From Octopus bimaculoides (taxonomy: Eukaryota), in contig NC_069004.1 in assembly GCF_001194135.2 (NCBI RefSeq), positions 23,766,910 to 23,800,857 on the forward strand: 33,948 bases of DNA. Reading direction: 5' to 3'. The translations under genes were made by a program, and so were the position numbers. The notes beneath the pieces are model-generated. The model did no database searches, had not been told where the DNA came from, and saw nothing but the letters and a program-made list of their open reading frames with translations. Of this stretch, positions 33,801-33,948 are shown in pieces. Position 1 is the stretch's first letter. Each line of letters begins with the position of its first letter.

Positions 33801-33948
33801 ACTTATTCCATCGGCCTCTTTTGCCGAACCGCTAAGTTACAGGGACGTAAACACACCAGCATCGGTTGTCAAGCAATGTTGGGGGGACAAACACAGACAC
33901 ACAAACACATACACACACACTATATATATATATATATATATTTATATA
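33801..33948 (-). mobile_element. SINE family A fragment, runs off the window
   Basis: ttttgccgaaccgctaagttacagggac.taaacacaccagcatcggttgtcaagc is nearly identical to 9199-9251. Confidence 0.9.

Overview
AT-rich eukaryotic genomic DNA, dense in microsatellites, with nine N gaps. The repeat families look like those I recall from octopod cephalopods (probably Octopus; this assignment is from memory, not a search). The only host-gene sequence I can support is two internal coding exons of Integrator subunit 13 (INTS13/asunder) on the + strand, at 16439-16529 and 20212-20340; they splice in frame. Everything else appears intronic and is mostly decayed mobile DNA. It includes three tRNA-headed SINE families (over 30 copies), 3' remnants of R4/Dong-like, Tx1/L1-like and RTE-like LINEs, mariner/Tc1 remnants, a 351-bp fold-back element, a roughly 550-bp (AAT)n-flanked element present twice, and two tandem arrays. 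Almost all ORF-track entries are artefacts of microsatellites or N runs. I see no new protein-coding system. The most interesting structures are trinucleotide 'landing pads' stacking several retroelement clades, a head-to-tail SINE train, long intronic hairpins, and a palindromic minisatellite. Repeat boundaries are hand-estimated, typically within about 10-20 bp.
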